Shown here: piece after piece, positions 10,835 to 14,428 of the stretch
Position numbering within the stretch: the stretch's first letter is position 1
How the letters are laid out: each line of letters opens with the position of its first letter
Source: Ramazzottius varieornatus
Taxonomy: Eukaryota; Animalia; Tardigrada
Direction of reading: 5' to 3'
DNA length: 14,428 nucleotides
Assembly: GCA_001949185.1 (NCBI GenBank)
Contig: AP017609.1
Span: 1 to 14,428, forward strand
Program-made: the position numbers and the translations under genes
The notes under the pieces: generated by a model
What the model was told of the DNA's origin: nothing
Databases searched by the model: none
Seen by the model: the letters and a program-made list of their open reading frames with translations, nothing else

Positions 10835-11205
10835 TTTTTAAAAAACTATATAAATATAATAATATAAAACATTTTTAATTACATTTTAAATCGCTACGCC
10901 CAACCAAGTTTCAATATTAAATTAATTAATGAACAAATAAATAAGAAATTATATAAGAATAATAAATAAATAAGAAAAGAAACAAAAATAAGAATAAGAG
11001 AAAAAGCAAATAGAAAAGATGACCTCATACAAAATAAAGCAGGCAAGGGCGACCCCAAAAGGTCGGTTGTTCTGAAACTCCTTTTTCCAATTATATATTG
11101 AAGAAAACTAATAATAAATATAATATATTTATTTTACTGACACTTTTTAAAATCTGGCCCAAAGGGCGCCTCAATAAATAGAGACTTTTTTTTTTTTTTC
11201 TTAAT
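10835..11205. promoter_or_regulatory. largest non-coding region, putative control region
   Basis: Only long unassigned stretch; AT-rich, with GC-rich hairpins (11040-11074, 11157-11167) and a T14 tract (11186-11199). Right boundary depends on the rrnL 3' end. Confidence 0.65.
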
Positions 11206-12349
11206 TTTAATATTTAATAACAATTAAACTAAATAGGAGTCCTTTCGTACTATCTATTTTATTTTATTTTGTCAAAAAAGATAAAGACCAACCTGGCTTA
11301 CACCGATTTGAACTCAGATCATGAAAAGTTTTATTTGTCGAACAGACAAACTTAAAAAAGATCTGCCCCTTCAAGTGACTTTAATCCAACATCGAGGTCG
11401 TAAACTTTTAAAACGATTTGAACTCTTCTTAAAAATAACGCTGTTAACCCCAAGGTAATTTATTTTTCATCACTCATAAGTGGATCTTCTTTTTTGCCAA
11501 TAAAAATTTTTTTTATAAATGAGATTTCATTAACCGCCCCAGTTAAAATAAGTTTATATGAGAAAAACAAAAGAATTATTAAAACTCTACGGGGTCTTTT
11601 CGTCTTTTTATTAATAAAGAGTATTTTCACTCTACATCTAACTTCAACTCAATAAAAAAAATAAAAAATTTTTTCAAAACGCCTTTCATTCCAGTCCCCA
11701 ATAAAAAGACAAATGATTATGCTACCTTAGCATAGAAATCTACGGCCGTTAATATCTCACCGGGCAGACATCATACTAAATTATATCTCAGTACTATGTT
11801 TTTGCAAAACAGATGAAAAAATACAGTCAAATTAATTTTAAATATTTTAAATGCTATTACACACCGAGTAAACAATAATTCTACTAATTTTCTCATAGTT
11901 TTATAGCTATCGCCTATTAAATTAAATTTTTATTTCAACTACGATAATAAAATAATTAGTAAATTAATAAGTTATAAAACTTTACACTTCTAATTTTAAT
12001 AAAATATCAAAAATTTTGCTATTGGGAAAAGTAAGATAAAAATTTAAACTTTTAAGCTTGCATCTGAAAGAAAAAAAAATAAATTTAAATCTAATTAACT
12101 AGATACCTATTGAATCAAGACTTTTTATCACTTTTTAATTTTAAATTCAAATTTTCCACTCTGAAACGGTAAGAATCCTAATAATTAAAAAAACTTCAAT
12201 AATCGAGAAACAATAAACCCAATCAAATAAAAAAATCCTTAACCCCAAGGCACGACCCTTCAATTCATTGTTTATAATAATTTTCTTTTTTAACAAAAAT
12301 ATGTTGCTTCTCTTTACATAAAATTTAAATTTTAATATTATTGTTTTTT
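11206..12349 (-). rRNA. rrnL: mitochondrial large subunit rRNA (16S)
   Basis: Conserved LSU motifs in reverse complement: sarcin-ricin loop AGTACGAAAGGAC (~11239-11251), TTGAACTCAGATCA, ATCCAACATCGAGGTCG, GGGGTCTTTTCGTC, GATTATGCTACCTT; ends approximate. Confidence 0.95.
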
Positions 12350-12409
12350 CTTTAAAGCAACCCTTGTTAAGGATAATAATTCATTGTAAAAGAATAAAAT
12401 ACTTTAAAG
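12350..12409 (-). tRNA. trnV: tRNA-Val (UAC), D-armless
   Basis: Between rrnL and rrnS; anticodon arm ATTCT-TTTACAA-TGAAT; T arm ATCCTT/AAGGGT; acceptor region CTTTAAAG/CTTTAAAG; no D stem. Confidence 0.85.
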
Positions 12410-13110
12410 GCTAATCTTCCGATTAGCCCACTTTGTTACGACTTTTTTTTCCTAAGGGAAAAAGTGACGGGCGATATGTGCACACCCGGAAAAAATATTC
12501 AAAATAAAAATATATGTATTTTTACTTTCAAATCCAATTATTTTTAAATATCCTACTTAAATTAACAAAAAAGAAATTGTAACCAATCTGACCTTTGCTA
12601 TAAACTATATGTAGATCTGAAAATTAAAGTTAATTCTTTATTTAGTGAAGCCAAAAGCAATATATCGACGACGATATATAAATTCAAATAAGCAAAGTAA
12701 ATTCTTGCGCGTACTTTCTTTTAGCAGACAGCTCCCTCTGATAAACCAAATGCCGCCAAATTTTTTAAATTTTAAATATTTAAACCTCACTCCTTTGGCT
12801 ATTACAAAAAAATAACAAGGTATCTAATCTTGGTTTTTATGATTTTTATAAAAAAAACTATTTAAAAATCTCCTATAAGAAGAATAATTTTACTTACAAA
12901 CCTGTCCTGCCGTAAATTATATTAATTAATTTATCTCACATAAAAACATCAAAGTATATAACCGCAGCTGCTGGCATACTATAAGCTTGATAAAAATAAT
13001 TAAAATCTTTTGTCAAAATTTATATAAAATTTTTTAGTACAACACAAGCTCTCAAAAAAATTATGTTCCTAAATTTTCACTTTATTTTTCAAAACCAATA
13101 TCAAATTTTT
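12410..13110 (-). rRNA. rrnS: mitochondrial small subunit rRNA (12S)
   Basis: Terminal GGAA-loop hairpin GGCTAATC/GATTAGCC at 12409-12428, TTGTTACGACTT, GACGGGCGATATGTG, 530-loop ACCGCAGCTGCTGGCA; 5' end inferred from AATTTGATATTGG. Confidence 0.95.
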
Positions 13111-13157
13111 TACATGTTAAAATATTATAAAACAAATAAAAAATTAAGTAATATTAA

Positions 13158-13224
13158 TTATTATAAAAATATTTAAATTTTTCTTTCAAAATCAAAATTT
13201 GATATACCAATATATTATATAATA
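13158..13224 (-). tRNA. trnQ: tRNA-Gln (UUG)
   Basis: Acceptor TATTATA/TATAATA; anticodon arm TCAAA-TTTTGAT-TTTGA; T arm AAAAT/ATTTT. Confidence 0.87.
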
Positions 13225-13282
13225 GGATAAGCTAAACAAGCTATTGAGTTCATACCTCAACGATAAAACCCTTTTCTTATTA
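13221..13282 (+). tRNA. trnM: tRNA-Met (CAU)
   Basis: Acceptor AATAGGA/TCTTATT; D arm AGCT/AGCT; anticodon arm TTGAG-TTCATAC-CTCAA. Confidence 0.95.
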
Positions 13283-14242
13283 ATCAATAAAAACTTACCG
13301 CTTATGAGAATATTTTATTTAATCAGACTAATAGGCATAATTAGCTCAAATAATTGATTTATATTTTGAATTTTTATAGAAATAAATTCCTTATGCTTTA
13401 TCCCATTGATATTAATTAAAAAAACAAAAAAAGGGGGTGAAGCTTCTTTATTGTACTTTATCGTGCAAGGAATTAGCTCAATATTTTTATTGATAGCCAT
13501 AATTAATGAAGAAAGTTCACTAATAGATGTATCAGAACCAAACAGCAGCCTCATCACAGTAGCCTTTTTAAAAATAGGGGCAGGGGTTTTTTTTAATTGA
13601 TTATTCTTATTAAGCTTTTCCATTACTTTAAGAATTTTATTATTAATCCTCACCCTACAGAAATTAAGAGGATTTTTTCTTCTTCTTTTAAGACAAGCCG
13701 GCTTGTCTTATTTAATATTAATCTTTATTTTTCTTTCTTCTTTTATAGCTATATTCATTAATATAAAACAAAATTTATTTAAAAGAATGTTGACAGTTTC
13801 AAGATTGTCCAACACCAGATGACTCTTGACCGCAGTTGTAACAACATATTCTGGATGAATATTTTATTTTGCAGTGTACTCATTTTCTTTAGTATTAAGT
13901 TCAACAATAAATAATAAGTATTTAGACCAAAATTACCGTAATAGAGACACGCTAGAAAACCCCCTTTTATTTTTAAGCATAGGAGGACTCCCCCCCATAC
14001 CAGGATTTTTCCCTAAAATTTTAATTCTGATAAATTTAAGATATTCTCGGTTAAGATTGCTAAGAATTTTTCTCCTTCTTGCCGCGTGTGTAGATATTTT
14101 TATTTATTTACGATTTTCCTTCACAAGAGCATTGAAAAATAATGGTAATCTTATATATTGTAAAGCTGTAACAACAAAGAGAATTAAAATACTGTCTTTA
14201 AGAGCAGTCACTATAGTCACAATAATAGCAATTATATTATAA
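13283..14242 (+). CDS. nad2: NADH dehydrogenase subunit 2
   Basis: SSNNWFMFWIFMEMN, EASLLYFIVQ, LKMGAG, LSMGGLPPMPGFFPK; ATC start after trnM; TAA 14240-14242. Confidence 0.96.
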
Positions 14243-14243
14243 A

Positions 14244-14306
14244 AAGATTTTAAGTTAAAAAAACTAATGTGTTTCAAACACTTCAATAATGAAAATTTAA
14301 ATCTTA
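14244..14306 (+). tRNA. trnW: tRNA-Trp (UCA)
   Basis: Acceptor AAGATTT/AAATCTT; anticodon loop TTTCAAA (TCA 14274-14276), consistent with TGA=Trp. Confidence 0.92.
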
Positions 14307-14361
14307 ATTTTAAAGAAAAACTTTTTAAATATGCTTGCAACATATCATATAAATAAAATTT
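14304..14361 (-). tRNA. trnC: tRNA-Cys (GCA), D-armless
   Basis: Anticodon arm ATATG-TTGCAAG-CATAT; T arm AAAG/CTTT; 9-nt unpaired D-replacement loop. Confidence 0.88.
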
Positions 14362-14363
14362 CA

Positions 14364-14426
14364 TAACAAAAAGAAAAAATCTATATGTAAATTTACAATT
14401 TACCGCCTATACTCAGCCATTTTGAC
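14364..14426 (-). tRNA. trnY: tRNA-Tyr (GUA)
   Basis: TGGCTGAGTATAGGC D arm; anticodon arm GTAAA-TTGTAAA-TTTAC; acceptor GTCAAAA/TTTTGTT. Confidence 0.93.
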
Positions 14427-14428
14427 TA

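Noticed and set aside
10873-10890. TTTAA-TTACATT-TTAAA resembling an extra tRNA anticodon arm
   Set aside because: No acceptor stem found, all 22 tRNAs are already located, and such AT-only stems arise by chance.
10934-11000. Recurring AAATAAG/AATAAGA units suggesting a tandem repeat or CRISPR-like array
   Set aside because: Short, irregularly spaced low-complexity purine-rich sequence with no fixed repeat-spacer period.

Overview
The window is an apparently complete, circular animal mitochondrial genome (14,428 bp, opened at the cox1 start) that uses the invertebrate mitochondrial code (TGA=Trp, ATA=Met, AGN=Ser). The supplied ORF track is fragmented because it stops at TGA. Reading by hand I located all 37 canonical genes: 13 OXPHOS proteins, rrnL, rrnS and 22 tRNAs. 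Gene order matches the ancestral arthropod (Limulus-type) pattern, with two exceptions. trnI is inverted and sits between trnL2 and trnL1, and the only large non-coding region (~370 bp) lies between trnL1 and rrnL instead of next to rrnS. The trnI position and the COX1 sequence suggest a eutardigrade (inference from recall, needs BLAST). No mobile elements or CRISPR arrays were seen. The best leads are: (i) a likely tRNA 3'-repair/editing system, since trnL1 is truncated by the overlapping trnI and is repairable by A-addition, and about 10 tRNAs have mismatched acceptor stems; (ii) five D-armless tRNAs; (iii) the relocated putative control region, which also carries an unassigned hydrophobic ORF. 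All RNA folds and boundaries were done by eye and may be off by a few nt.
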